A DNA stretch of 64,000 bases, from contig CM059431.1 of NCBI GenBank assembly GCA_030390025.1, positions 120,592,001 through 120,656,000 on the forward strand, in the 5' to 3' direction. The stretch's first letter is position 1, and the number at the start of each line of letters is the position of its first letter. Made by a program: the position numbers and the translations under genes. Below are positions 63,629-64,000 of the stretch, one piece after another. Origin of the DNA: Squalus acanthias. Its lineage: Eukaryota. The notes beneath the pieces are model-generated. The model did no database searches. It saw only the letters and a list, made by a program, of their open reading frames with translations, and was not told the origin of the DNA.

Positions 63629-63765
63629 AGAGTTCTGACGAAGGGCCATCGACCTGAAACGTTAACTCTGTTTCTCTCTCCACAGATGCTGCCTGACCTG
63701 CTGAGTATTTCCAACATTTTCTGTTTTTATTTCAGATTTCCAGCATCCGCAGTATTTTGCTTTTG
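63629..63765 (+). mobile_element. Penelope-derived short repeat with a minimal hammerhead motif (63629-63669)
   Basis: agagtt-ctgacga-agggccatcgacct-gaaa-cgtt-aactct, then cagatgctgcctgacctgctgagtatttcc. Confidence 0.8.
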
Positions 63766-64000
63766 CCTAGGTCTTCCTGGATTGCTTGACTCAGTTACTC
63801 ATGAGCTAAACTCGCTGAGCTGACAGGAGAGTTACATTGGTTTAGATATCCCTACTTGAGGCTACGTTTTACTCAAAATGACATGCTTCTGCTGATAAGC
63901 CTGCTATCTGGAATGTCTTATTGAAGAAATGAATAGTGATTCTGCTTACCCTGCCCAAGCCACTGCTCCTACTGACTGATCCAGTATTAATTATACAAAA

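Overview
Vertebrate genomic DNA, very probably a shark or other cartilaginous fish, judged from HE1-like V-SINEs, SacSINE1/DeuSINE-like SINEs and shark-type CR1 and Penelope repeats recognised from memory (no database search was run). Most of the window is a nested stack of decayed transposable elements: CR1 and L2 LINEs, one near-full-length APE+RT LINE of another family, SINEs, solo-LTR-like elements, a Tigger-like MITE and many PIF/Harbinger elements. The Harbinger set includes three copies of one two-gene family (DDE transposase convergent with a 3-exon Myb/SANT gene carrying coiled-coil heptads and an AT-hook), older subfamilies and many non-autonomous derivatives. The most striking single structure is a 2.9-kb palindromic Penelope (GIY-YIG) insertion with a 13-bp target-site duplication and a minimal hammerhead ribozyme motif in each arm. 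The unique AT-rich sequence holds four phase-compatible candidate coding exons on the minus strand, so the window may be intronic to an unidentified host gene. No complete intact gene, rRNA, true tRNA or CRISPR array was found.
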